Part shown: positions 18,181 through 27,001 of the stretch, in pieces
Numbering within the stretch: position 1 is the stretch's first letter
Layout: each line of letters starts with the position of its first letter
Notes under the pieces: model-generated
Databases searched by the model: none
Told to the model about the DNA's origin: nothing
What the model saw: the letters and a program-made list of their open reading frames with translations, nothing else
Assembly: GCA_043754535.1 (NCBI GenBank)
Contig: JAYUUN010000056.1
Coordinates: forward strand, 1 to 42,351
Origin: Chloroflexota bacterium
GTDB taxonomy: Bacteria; Chloroflexota; Chloroflexia; QHBQ01
Direction of reading: 5' to 3'
DNA: 42,351 nucleotides
Made by a program: the position numbers and the translations under genes

Positions 18181-18612
18181 TTACCTCCAAATTGGGGCTG
18201 CCATTTTGTGCTGCAAGTGGTGAGAAAAGAATAAGGGTTGGTTGACGCTACGGCTGTTGCGCTCATAAGTGCCAGTGTCCAGTCCCCAGCCGATGATGCG
18301 GCGGGCGGTAATGCGAATCAGTGGGGTTTCGCCCTCGATTGTCACCGCAGTGCCGCGAACCTCGATGCCACGTGCCTCCTGGTTGGTTAGCACGTCGTCC
18401 ACCAGGAAGGCAACCTGCCCGCTGCGCTGAATATCGCGCCACTTCTTGCTATCGCGCATTCGGTAGCCAGTGATGTCCAGCGTGTCCAGAGTGGGGTTGT
18501 AACGATAAGCTAGCGGCACAATATGTGGTGTACCGTCTGCGCCCACTGTTGCCAGCCGACCCAGCCACTGGCTCTGCAAATACTCAAGCTCTTTTGGCGT
18601 AAAGTTGCTCAC
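18181..18612 (-). CDS. PPOX-class (pyridoxamine 5'-phosphate oxidase-like) putative F420-dependent oxidoreductase
   Basis: FTPKELEYLQSQWLGRLATVG..PHIVP, VAFLVDD and RGIEVRG motifs. Confidence 0.8.
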   Translation of the reverse strand: MSNFTPKELEYLQSQWLGRLATVGADGTPHIVPLAYRYNPTLDTLDITGYRMRDSKKWRDIQRSGQVAFLVDDVLTNQEARGIEVRGTAVTIEGETPLIRITARRIIGWGLDTGTYERNSRSVNQPLFFSHHLQHKMAAPIWR

Positions 18613-18634
18613 CGTTGCGCTCCTTACCTATGGT

Positions 18635-19582
18635 TCAACGGCCAGCCTTGCTAGCCGCTACTACTGCTTCGGTCAGCGGCGGCACCGCTGCTGCGTTCGA
18701 TGGCACGGGCTGGCGCAGATTGCCGCCCTGCTCGATGATGATACTACTGAGGATCAGGGCGATGCCCAGCCCTTGCACCAGGCTAACCGTCTGCCCCTTG
18801 AAGAAGTAGCCGAGGGCGAAGGCCACTACCGGGTTGACCAGGCCGATGATCGCAACGCTGGCGGGGGGCAGCCTCTCGATGCCGCGAAACCAGAGTGCGT
18901 AGGCCAAGCCGGTGCTAATTACGGCCATGTAGAGGTAGCCGCCCAGGTTGGTCGGGCTGAAGGTCGGCAGCCCCCCCTTGTAGCCAACTTCTACTGCGGC
19001 CAGCAGGGTGAGAAAGAGGCCGCCCGCCACCAGTTGCCAGGCAGTCAGCACCAGCAGCGACACCTCTGGTCGCCCCCAGCGGCGCAGCAGCACGATGCCG
19101 CAGGCCGAAGCCAGCACGCCACCTAGCCCCGCCGCCACGCCCAGCCCATCCAGCCGCGAACTTGGGCCGAGGACAAGCAGGCCCACGCCAAGCAGCCCCA
19201 GCGTAGCAGCCAGCAAGGTGTATCGCTTTGGCACTAGCCCCAGCAACGGCCAACCAATGAAGGCAACCAGGAAGGGCTGCACCGCATTGTTGGTCGCGGC
19301 TACCCCGCCAGGCAGCCGATAGGCGGCAACAAAGATACCAGCAAAGGCGAGACCAATGTTGAACATCCCCACCACCGCCGCCCGCCGCCACCACATCCCT
19401 TGTGGCAGCCGCCGAAAGAGCAGCAGCATCAACAGGCCAACTGGTAGCACGCGCAACGCCCCACTAAGGAAGGGGCGGTCGGGCGGCAGGAACTCAGTGG
19501 TCACGAAGTAGGTTGTACCCCAGGTGAGCGGGGCGATCATGGTCAGCAAAATGTTCTTCAGCACTTGTGGCACCCCCACCAT
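18635..19582 (-). CDS. EamA/DMT family transporter (PecM-like)
   Basis: APLTWGTTYFVTTEFLPPDRP, AYRLPGGVAA and AYALWFRGI motifs, about ten TM helices. Exact start uncertain (19564-19609). Confidence 0.85.
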   Translation of the reverse strand: MVGVPQVLKNILLTMIAPLTWGTTYFVTTEFLPPDRPFLSGALRVLPVGLLMLLLFRRLPQGMWWRRAAVVGMFNIGLAFAGIFVAAYRLPGGVAATNNAVQPFLVAFIGWPLLGLVPKRYTLLAATLGLLGVGLLVLGPSSRLDGLGVAAGLGGVLASACGIVLLRRWGRPEVSLLVLTAWQLVAGGLFLTLLAAVEVGYKGGLPTFSPTNLGGYLYMAVISTGLAYALWFRGIERLPPASVAIIGLVNPVVAFALGYFFKGQTVSLVQGLGIALILSSIIIEQGGNLRQPVPSNAAAVPPLTEAVVAASKAGR

Positions 19583-19707
19583 TCCCCACAGCCAACAAGG
19601 GTAAGTCACGTTATGCTAGCAAACCAACCACCAACAATACTAGCCCGCTTCATGGGGAAGGGCGTACCATTTGGCACGCCCCTCCACCCCTGACTGGCGA
19701 GTGCTAG

Positions 19708-20268
19708 TTAGGCGGCTGCCGCTTCTTGCTTGGCCTCAGCATTGGCTGGGGCCATAGCAGCTTCGATGTCGAGGACGATCTTTACATCCTCACCGACCAG
19801 TACGCCGCCTGCTTCCAGGGCGACATTCCAGCTCAGGCCAAAGTCCTTGCGGTTGATCTTGGCCTCGGCACTGAAGGCGTAGACTTTAACCCCCCAGGGG
19901 CTAACCCCCGCACCCTCGCGGGTCGCCTTGAACGTCACTTCCTTGCTCACGCCATGGATGGTCAGGTCACCAACAAGGTCGAAGCTGTCGCTCTTGACGT
20001 TGGCGATTCGCGTGCTGCGGAAGGTCAGGGTCGGGTACTCGTTGGCAGCAAAGAACTCGCTGCTGCGCAGGTGTTCGTCGCGCTTCGCATCGCGGCTGTC
20101 CAGGCTAGCAACCTGCGCGGTCGCCTCGACGGTGGAGTTCTCAAAGTTTTGTTCGTCCAGGTTGATAGTGCCGCTAAACTCGTTGAAGCTGCCACGCACC
20201 GTGGTGATCATCATGTGCTTGACGCTGAAGCCGATGCTCGAATGGCTGGAGTCAATGTTCAGGATCAT
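19708..20268 (-). CDS. YceI family (polyisoprenoid-binding) protein
   Basis: IDSSHSSIGFSVKHMMITTVRGSF, RDEHLRSSEFF, GDLTIHGV and INRKDFGLSWN motifs. Confidence 0.93.
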   Translation of the reverse strand: MILNIDSSHSSIGFSVKHMMITTVRGSFNEFSGTINLDEQNFENSTVEATAQVASLDSRDAKRDEHLRSSEFFAANEYPTLTFRSTRIANVKSDSFDLVGDLTIHGVSKEVTFKATREGAGVSPWGVKVYAFSAEAKINRKDFGLSWNVALEAGGVLVGEDVKIVLDIEAAMAPANAEAKQEAAAA

Positions 20269-20380
20269 GGTTAGTTCATCCCCTTCTTGTATATGGTTCT
20301 TTTATCATTTCGTTCTGAGCTGTTCCCCAGTGGGATCGCCCTGACCTCTGGAGTCTACCATACGCACACCCCTAATTGCA

Positions 20381-20423
20381 AGTACGTACCAAAAAGTGCG
20401 TACCCTACTTTTTGGTACGTACT
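20381..20423. promoter_or_regulatory. Candidate HxlR-family operator (17-bp perfect inverted repeat)
   Basis: AGTACGTACCAAAAAGT-N9-ACTTTTTGGTACGTACT between the divergent yceI and hxlR promoters. Confidence 0.7.
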
Positions 20424-20432
20424 GCCAAAGGG

Positions 20433-20461
20433 TTGCGTACAGCGGCGAAAGGTGGTATAAT
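20433..20461 (+). promoter_or_regulatory. sigma70 promoter of the hxlR-like gene (probably leaderless transcript)
   Basis: TTGCGT-N17-TATAAT with TG extension. ATG follows 6 nt after the -10 element. Confidence 0.65.
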
Positions 20462-20467
20462 GAGGCC

Positions 20468-20854
20468 ATGAGTACGATGATCACCAGACCAACCAGACCA
20501 GCTATCCCTGCCGCCAACTGTGGCACGCGCAAGGTGCTAGACCTGATCGCCGACGAGTGGACGGTCTTTGTTGTCTACGCCCTGGCTGACGGCACCCGCC
20601 GCTACAGCCAGTTGCAGCGCGAAGTGCATGGCATCTCGCAGAAGATGCTGACCCAGACCCTCCGCAATATGGAGCGCGATGGCATGGTCGAGCGCAAGGT
20701 CTACCCAGTCGTGCCGCCCATGGTCGAGTATTCACTGACTGAACTCGGCCAGACCTTGATCGAGCCGCTCTCGGCTGTCGGTCGCTGGGCAGAGGAACAC
20801 CTCGGTGAGGTGGAGCAGGCACGCGCCCAGTATGACCGGCTGAACCTGCGCTAG
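20468..20854 (+). CDS. HxlR/DUF24 family winged-helix regulator
   Basis: NCGTRKVLDLIADEW (N-terminal Cys), GISQKMLTQTLRNMERDG and VPPMVEYSLTELG motifs. Confidence 0.92.
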   Translation: MSTMITRPTRPAIPAANCGTRKVLDLIADEWTVFVVYALADGTRRYSQLQREVHGISQKMLTQTLRNMERDGMVERKVYPVVPPMVEYSLTELGQTLIEPLSAVGRWAEEHLGEVEQARAQYDRLNLR

Positions 20855-20939
20855 CAGCAAGCCGCCCGCGCAAATCTCTACGGCCTGCGTGTTCGTGCCT
20901 GGCTGCCGCCACCCGCTGCCCAGGACCTAGCCAGCCCTG

Positions 20940-20968
20940 TTGACACTCCCCCCCTCACGCGCTATACT
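20940..20968 (+). promoter_or_regulatory. sigma70 promoter of the phosphomutase gene
   Basis: TTGACA-N17-TATACT. Confidence 0.7.
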
Positions 20969-21010
20969 GTTGCCAGTCTGAACACAACCACGCAAGGAGG
21001 ATAGCCAACG

Positions 21011-22468
21011 ATGGCTGACCAGCAGACAAAGGTAAGCAAAGAGATTTTCCGTAGCTATGACGTGCGCGGCACTATCGGTGACCAGTTGACCGATGAGGTG
21101 TTGGAGTTGATCGGCAAGGCTTATGGCACCCTGCTCTACCGCCTGGACGAGCGCAGCGGCGGTAGCGGCAACCCGAACAAGCAGGTGACGGTTGGCCGCG
21201 ACGTGCGTACCACCTCGCTCAACTTCGCTGCCGCCCTGGTGCGCGGCATCGCTTCGACCGGCATCGACGTGACCGACGTAGGCATCGTTCCCACCCCCAC
21301 CCTCTACTTCTCGGTTGGCTACTTCAAGATGGATGGCGGGGCGGTCGTTACCGCCAGCCACAACCCGCCTCAGTTCAACGGTCTCAAGATGCGAAAGATG
21401 ATCCCCGGCGGCACGGATGGTGGCATGATCAACGCCCCGCTCTCAACCGAGGAGATTCAGGAACTCTACCAGATCATCGCCGGGGGCAACTTCAGGACGG
21501 GCGCGGGCAAGGTGGTAGAGCGCGACGTGCTGGAAGCCTACATTGACTACATTGTGGATACGGTTAAGGTCCACCGCCCGCTGCGGATCACCCTCGATAC
21601 CGGCAACGGCGCGACTGGCCCCACTGCGGTCAAGCTGTATGAGAAGATGGGGGTGCAGGTGGACGGCCTGTTTATTGAACCGGATGGCCGCTTCCCCAAC
21701 CACGTGCCGAACCCAATCAAGCCAGAGAACATGACTGCCCTCCAAGAGCGGGTGCGCGAAACTAGCAGCGATATGGGTATCGCTCTGGATGGCGACGGCG
21801 ACCGTCTGGGCGTGGTGGACAACAAGGGCGAAATCCTTTGGGCCGACGAGTACCTGATCCTGCTGGCACGCCAGGCTCTTGAGGAGCATCCCGGCGCAAC
21901 GATTATCTACGATGTGAAGTGCGGCCTGGGCCTGATCGAGGATATTGCGAAGCATGGTGGCAAGGGCGTGATGTGGAAGACTGGTTACACCAACATCTTC
22001 GCCAAGCGTGCAGAAACCGGCGCGCCCCTCGCAGGCGAGTACAGCGGCCACATCTTCTTCAACGACCCCCTGATCAGCTTCGACGACGGCCTCTATGGCG
22101 GGGCGCGGATGTTGAGCTTCATCAGTGCCAACGAACACGATGTGCGAGACCAACTGAGCGACGTACCAAAGTATTACAACACTATCGAGGGCCGCCTTGA
22201 GGTGGACGACAAGCGTAAGTTCCAGATCATCGCCGAACTGAGCGCGTACTTCAAAAGCAAGTATGAGGTGATCGACCTGGACGGCGTGCGGATCGTCTTC
22301 CCCGACGGCTGGGCCTTGATCCGAGCCAGCAACACCGAGCCGAGCCTGACTACCCGCTTTGAGGGCAAGACCGCCGCGAAGCTAGCCGAGTACCAGGCTA
22401 TCGTCTTCGACAAGCTGAAGGAGTACCCTGAAGTCCGCGAAGAAGGCAGCAGCGGCCACAGCCACTGA
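21011..22468 (+). CDS. Phosphomannomutase/phosphoglucomutase
   Basis: IFRSYDVRG, TASHNPP (phospho-Ser), DGDGDR (metal loop), GEYSGH and RASNTEP motifs. Confidence 0.93.
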   Translation: MADQQTKVSKEIFRSYDVRGTIGDQLTDEVLELIGKAYGTLLYRLDERSGGSGNPNKQVTVGRDVRTTSLNFAAALVRGIASTGIDVTDVGIVPTPTLYFSVGYFKMDGGAVVTASHNPPQFNGLKMRKMIPGGTDGGMINAPLSTEEIQELYQIIAGGNFRTGAGKVVERDVLEAYIDYIVDTVKVHRPLRITLDTGNGATGPTAVKLYEKMGVQVDGLFIEPDGRFPNHVPNPIKPENMTALQERVRETSSDMGIALDGDGDRLGVVDNKGEILWADEYLILLARQALEEHPGATIIYDVKCGLGLIEDIAKHGGKGVMWKTGYTNIFAKRAETGAPLAGEYSGHIFFNDPLISFDDGLYGGARMLSFISANEHDVRDQLSDVPKYYNTIEGRLEVDDKRKFQIIAELSAYFKSKYEVIDLDGVRIVFPDGWALIRASNTEPSLTTRFEGKTAAKLAEYQAIVFDKLKEYPEVREEGSSGHSH

Positions 22469-22557
22469 GGCGCGGGCCAGTGAGTTCGGTAGGTGGGGGT
22501 GCAAGACTGTGCGCCCCTCCTAGCCCCCTGACTAAACTTGACAAAGAGGAGAGACAA

Positions 22558-23925
22558 ATGTCTAAGGACGACAAGAAGAAGGATAAGAAGGGCAAGAAGG
22601 ATAGAGCGACTGAGCAGACTGCCGACGTTGCTCTGAGCGCACTGGCCGATAGTGCTGACCCCGCTGCCGTGGGCAGCACTGTTGCTGGCAGCAACGGTGC
22701 CAGCGACTACGGCGGCATCATGCAAGAGGCTCTGGCGATGAACGAGGAACTAGTCAGCCTGCGCCGCTACTACCATATGCACCCGGAGCTATCTAGCCAG
22801 GAGTTCGCCACCGCCCGCAGCATCGCCGACTATCTGCGCGGCCTCGGCAACATTGAGGTACACGAACTGGTTAATGGCACCGCTGTGCTTGGTTTGTTGC
22901 GTGGTGGCGCAGGTGATGGGCCGACGATCATGGTGCGGGCCGATATTGACGCGCTGCCGATTATCGAGGCCAATACTGTTGAATACAAGTCGCAAAACGT
23001 GGGCGTGATGCACGCCTGCGGCCATGACACCCACATCACTGGCGTGCTGGCAACGGCCAGGCTACTCAGCCAGCGGGCCGCCACCCTGAAGGGCAACGTC
23101 AAGTTCGCCTTCCAGCCCGCTGAGGAGCGCAGCGGGGGGGCGCAGCCGATGATCGACGAGGGGGTAATGAAGAACCCCAGCGTAGATCGGGTGATTGGCT
23201 ACCACGTCTGGGGCGATATGCGAGTTGGCAAGGTCGGCATCAGTGCTGGCCCAGTGATGGCTGGAGTCGAGGAGTTCGTGATCACGATCAAGGGCAAAGG
23301 CGGCCACGGCGCACACCCTGACCAGACGGTTGACCCTATCGTGGTTGCCGCCCACCTGATTACCGCCTTGCAGACCATCGTCAGCCGCAATGTAGACCCG
23401 TTGGACACGGCGATCTGCACGGTTGGCAAGGTGGAGGCTGGTACTGCCTTCAACATCATCCCCGAAACCGCGAAGCTGACTGGTACCCTGCGCTTCTTCA
23501 AGGAACACGTCCACGAACTGTTGCTGGAGCGCGTTCGCACCCTGGCCGAAGGGGTAGCTGCTGGCTTTGGCGCGACTGCCGAGGTGAAGTACACAGGCGA
23601 CCTTGCGATGATCCCAGTGGACAACGATGCAGAGACTACGGCCTGGCTGCGGGGGGTAGCCGAGCGCACTGTTGGGGCCGAGCGCGTGGTCGACCAGGGC
23701 CAGACGATGGGCGGTGACGACATGGCCCTTTTCGTCAAGCAAGCCCACGGCACCTACTTCTTCCTCGGTGGCAAGAACGAGGCGAAGGGCTTCGACTCGC
23801 CACATCACAGTTCCACCTTCGACATTGATGAGGGCTGCCTGCCCTACGGCGTAGCGGTTCTCACCGCTGGCGTGCTGGACTACTTGAAGTTAGCCGCACT
23901 CGCTGTCTCCACTTGCATAAGCTAG
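22558..23925 (+). CDS. M20 family amidohydrolase (Acy1/HipO-like)
   Basis: HMHPELS, RADIDALP, MHACGHD, FQPAEE, GKGGHGA and HHS motifs. Start at ATG 22558 after GAGGAG. Lys-rich N-terminal extension. Confidence 0.9.
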   Translation: MSKDDKKKDKKGKKDRATEQTADVALSALADSADPAAVGSTVAGSNGASDYGGIMQEALAMNEELVSLRRYYHMHPELSSQEFATARSIADYLRGLGNIEVHELVNGTAVLGLLRGGAGDGPTIMVRADIDALPIIEANTVEYKSQNVGVMHACGHDTHITGVLATARLLSQRAATLKGNVKFAFQPAEERSGGAQPMIDEGVMKNPSVDRVIGYHVWGDMRVGKVGISAGPVMAGVEEFVITIKGKGGHGAHPDQTVDPIVVAAHLITALQTIVSRNVDPLDTAICTVGKVEAGTAFNIIPETAKLTGTLRFFKEHVHELLLERVRTLAEGVAAGFGATAEVKYTGDLAMIPVDNDAETTAWLRGVAERTVGAERVVDQGQTMGGDDMALFVKQAHGTYFFLGGKNEAKGFDSPHHSSTFDIDEGCLPYGVAVLTAGVLDYLKLAALAVSTCIS

Positions 23926-23928
23926 TTA

Positions 23929-23958
23929 GGGGTTGGCAGCTTGCCAGCCCCGCTTTTT
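23929..23958 (+). terminator. Rho-independent terminator
   Basis: GGGGTTGGCA / TGCCAGCCCC stem followed by GCTTTTT. Confidence 0.7.
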
Positions 23959-23989
23959 ACCAGCAGGGGCGAGACGGTGTGCTTCTTCA

Positions 23990-24766
23990 TCAGCCGCCTA
24001 TGCAGGCCACCTGCTGCTGCCACGGCGCGTCGGCTTTCGGCGGCCAGTCGTAGTCGGGGCCGTTCGCCGTGTCGGTGATCCTAGAGATCAGCCAGCCCTC
24101 TTTTACCCTGACAAGGGTGAACACCTGATCGCCTCTACCAGAAACCGTACCAACCTCAACTGCAAAGACCATAGTAGTAGCCCCCAGCGAGTACCCTGTC
24201 CCCAAGTCTTTATCAACAATGGAAGGGTGAATAAGGCGACCTTTGCCAACCGTAAGGTAAGACCCCGTGCGTGCCTTGATCGCTAGCAGCATGGTGACGA
24301 ACCGCTGTTTGTCGCAGGGGTTCTTGCTCGGTAGCATCAACGAGTACATCCTATTATAGCGGTCTTGTGCGCTTGCCAGGGTATTAGTATCATTAAAGGT
24401 CGCATAGTAGTTATTTAGCACGTCTACCAGCTCGCTCTGCGGCGGGAAGGCAGGTAGGGCAGTCGGCTGCACCGTTGCTGCTAGCGGGTAATAGCCATAC
24501 TCAGATGTATCCGAAATCGGGTGGGTGTTGCGTCCAAATAGCGGCGAGAGAGCGAAGCTGACTGGCACAGTCAGCAGGGCCGCCAGCACTAGTGCGCCAA
24601 CCAGGCGACTACGTAGCCGCTCCCGGCCAGTCAGCTTCACGCGCTCACCGCGCCACTTTGCCGCAGCACGGATCGTCGGCCAGAGGTCGAGGCTAGGTGG
24701 CAATGCACTACTGGCATCCTGCCACAACGCCTGCCGTACTACCTCATCGCGTTCGTCTTGCTTCAC
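23990..24766 (-). CDS. Putative membrane anti-sigma factor with uncharacterised extracellular domain
   Basis: Start overlaps the ECF sigma stop (GTGA). N-terminal LDLWPTIRAAA helix, one TM helix, then a ~170-aa domain with two Cys. Confidence 0.65.
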   Translation of the reverse strand: MKQDERDEVVRQALWQDASSALPPSLDLWPTIRAAAKWRGERVKLTGRERLRSRLVGALVLAALLTVPVSFALSPLFGRNTHPISDTSEYGYYPLAATVQPTALPAFPPQSELVDVLNNYYATFNDTNTLASAQDRYNRMYSLMLPSKNPCDKQRFVTMLLAIKARTGSYLTVGKGRLIHPSIVDKDLGTGYSLGATTMVFAVEVGTVSGRGDQVFTLVRVKEGWLISRITDTANGPDYDWPPKADAPWQQQVACIGG

Positions 24767-25356
24767 TTCAACCCCTCCTTAACCCCACTGTCGTCGCCCT
24801 CAAGTGGCGCGGCAGCCGGGTGCAACCAGGCTGGTAGCAACTGCCGCAGCCGCTGGCGGGCGACCTGCAAGCGGCGTTTGACCGCGCCCGGCTCGATCTT
24901 TAGTTGAGCTGCCATCTGTACTTCGCTCTGGTCAAGGTAGTAGCGTAGAACGATAGCTGCCCGCTGCCGGGCCGATAGCTGGTTGAGGGCGGCAGCGATC
25001 TCCTTGTGGGCAATCGCTAGCTCTACCACCTGCTCTATATCGCCGCTGCGCTCGACCAGCACCGTCGCTGCGTCTGCACTCAGGCTGATCTGCCGCTGCC
25101 CGCGCGTTGCTGCCTTGAGCGCATCGTTGACTACGATCCGCAGAAACCAGGGAGCGAAGGGGCGGCGGCTGTCGAACTGCGCCGCCCGCTCGTAGACGCG
25201 CAGGAAGGCGGCTTGCACGATGTCCTCGGCAAGCTGGCGGTCGCGGCAGACCAGGTACGCGCTGTGCAGAGCCTGCGTCTGGTGGCGCAGCACCAGCACC
25301 TCCAGGCCGCCGATCTCCCCCCGCTTCAAGCGGGCTATCGCCTCTTGTTCATCCAT
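24763..25356 (-). CDS. ECF RNA polymerase sigma factor, copy 2 (paralogue of 8072-8635)
   Basis: AEDIVQAAFLRVY...FAPWFLRIVVN and QRAAIVLRYYLDQSEVQMA motifs. Start at ATG 25356 or GTG 25374. Confidence 0.9.
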   Translation of the reverse strand: MDEQEAIARLKRGEIGGLEVLVLRHQTQALHSAYLVCRDRQLAEDIVQAAFLRVYERAAQFDSRRPFAPWFLRIVVNDALKAATRGQRQISLSADAATVLVERSGDIEQVVELAIAHKEIAAALNQLSARQRAAIVLRYYLDQSEVQMAAQLKIEPGAVKRRLQVARQRLRQLLPAWLHPAAAPLEGDDSGVKEGLK

Positions 25357-25650
25357 GCACCCTCTCACCCCCACCTAGCCCCATCTTGGGACTGCGTTCT
25401 GCTATTATTATCCGCCAGTAGGCTCTAAGGTAACATGATCGAGCAAGAATGGCAAAAGAAGTGGGTGGAGTATCACCTCCCGGTGATGAGCAACCGCCCG
25501 CGGATTCGTAAAAGCGGATAAGCGGATTGCAACGATGTGGCTAACAGGTGGATGCGCAGATGTGGGTTCAACGGCAACTAATCTGTGCATCCACTCTACT
25601 AGTCCGCTAGCTGCTCCCATCACCCTGCACAGCTACAACACTCCGTTTGT

Positions 25651-25679
25651 TTGACAAGCAGCCCTACGTTTGCTATAAC
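25651..25679 (+). promoter_or_regulatory. sigma70 promoter of hppD
   Basis: TTGACA-N17-TATAAC with TG extension. Confidence 0.6.
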
Positions 25680-25760
25680 TAGAGCCAGAGCAGTCCCCCG
25701 GTTGGGGGCGCAGGTTGTTTCCTTTGCCACAGCAAAACATGACTAAGGAGGATCGCAGCA

Positions 25761-26906
25761 ATGGCGATGTCTATCGAACGGCCCACCAGCCAGCGCGAAC
25801 GGCGGTTGCAGCAAGGTGAAGACTTCTTCCCGATCCAGAAAATTGACCACATCGAGTTCTACGTCGGCAACGCCCGTCAGGCTACCCACTTCTACCAAAG
25901 TGGCTTCGGCTTCAACGTGATCGCCTACGCTGGCCCCGAAACTGGCGTGCGTGACCGGGCCAGCTACCTGCTTGAGCAGGGCCAGATTCGCTTCCTGCTG
26001 ACCAGTGCGCTACAACCAGAAGGCTTCATTGCCGACCACGTAGCCCGCCATGGCGACGGCATCCGCGATATCGCCTTCCAGGTGGGCGACGCGGTGGCCT
26101 GCTACAACGCCGCCATCGAGCGCGGGGCCGTCAGCGAGCAGGAGCCGACGGTGATCGAGGATGAGGATGGGCGCATAGTGCGTGCTGCGATCAAGATTTA
26201 TGGTGACACCATCCACAGCATCGTGCAGCGCGACGGCTACACTGGCACGTTCCTACCTGGCTTCCGCCCACGCACAAAGGGCTGGCAGGTCGCCAGCACT
26301 GGCATCAAGGCGGTAGATCACTGCGTCGGCAACGTAGAGCTTGGCAAGATGGACGAGTGGGTGAGCTTCTACGAGACCATCCTCGGCTTCAGCCAGATGC
26401 GCCACTTCAGCGACGACGACATCAACACCGAGTATAGCGCACTGATGTCGAAGGTGATGGAGAACGGCAACGGGCGGGTCAAGTTCCCGATCAACGAGCC
26501 TGCGCTGGGCCGCAAGAAAAGCCAGATTCAGGAATACCTGGACTACTACGGCACCCCTGGCGTGCAGCACATCGCCCTTGCTAGCGGCAACATCATCGAG
26601 ACCGTAAAGGCAATGACCGAGCGCGGTATCCAGTTCATGAAGACTCCTCACAGCTACTACGAAGCCTTGCCAGCACGGATGGGTGAAATCAAGGAAGATA
26701 TAGTAGAGCTTGAGCAGTACGGCATCCTGCTTGACCGCGACGAGGAGGGCTACCTGCTACAAATCTTCACCCGCACAGTGCAAGACCGACCCACCGTCTT
26801 CTTCGAGATCATCGAGCGGCACGGCGCACGCGGCTTCGGCGAGGGCAACTTCAAGGCTCTGTTCGAGGCTATCGAGCGTGAGCAGGCCGAGCGCGGCAAC
26901 CTGTAG
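25761..26906 (+). CDS. hppD: 4-hydroxyphenylpyruvate dioxygenase
   Basis: DHIEFYVGNA, DHCVGNV, GVQHIAL, LLQIFT and GFGEGNFKALFEAIEREQ motifs. Confidence 0.96.
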   Translation: MAMSIERPTSQRERRLQQGEDFFPIQKIDHIEFYVGNARQATHFYQSGFGFNVIAYAGPETGVRDRASYLLEQGQIRFLLTSALQPEGFIADHVARHGDGIRDIAFQVGDAVACYNAAIERGAVSEQEPTVIEDEDGRIVRAAIKIYGDTIHSIVQRDGYTGTFLPGFRPRTKGWQVASTGIKAVDHCVGNVELGKMDEWVSFYETILGFSQMRHFSDDDINTEYSALMSKVMENGNGRVKFPINEPALGRKKSQIQEYLDYYGTPGVQHIALASGNIIETVKAMTERGIQFMKTPHSYYEALPARMGEIKEDIVELEQYGILLDRDEEGYLLQIFTRTVQDRPTVFFEIIERHGARGFGEGNFKALFEAIEREQAERGNL

Positions 26907-26940
26907 CAGCCTGACTGATCGTTGTGCAGTATGGAAGCGC

Positions 26941-26976
26941 AAAAGGACAGTGAAGCAGTAGTTGCTTCACTGTCCT
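26941..26976 (-). terminator. Terminator between convergent hppD and Kelch gene
   Basis: 14-bp perfect stem AGGACAGTGAAGCA / TGCTTCACTGTCCT. The A run on the left gives a U tract for the minus strand. Confidence 0.75.
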
Positions 26977-27001
26977 GCCCTTCTTAGCCCAGCGTAGTTA
27001 C

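Noticed and set aside
25761..26906. hppD without adjacent hmgA/fahA as a special pathway
   Set aside because: Dispersed tyrosine-catabolism genes are common, and one window cannot show their absence.
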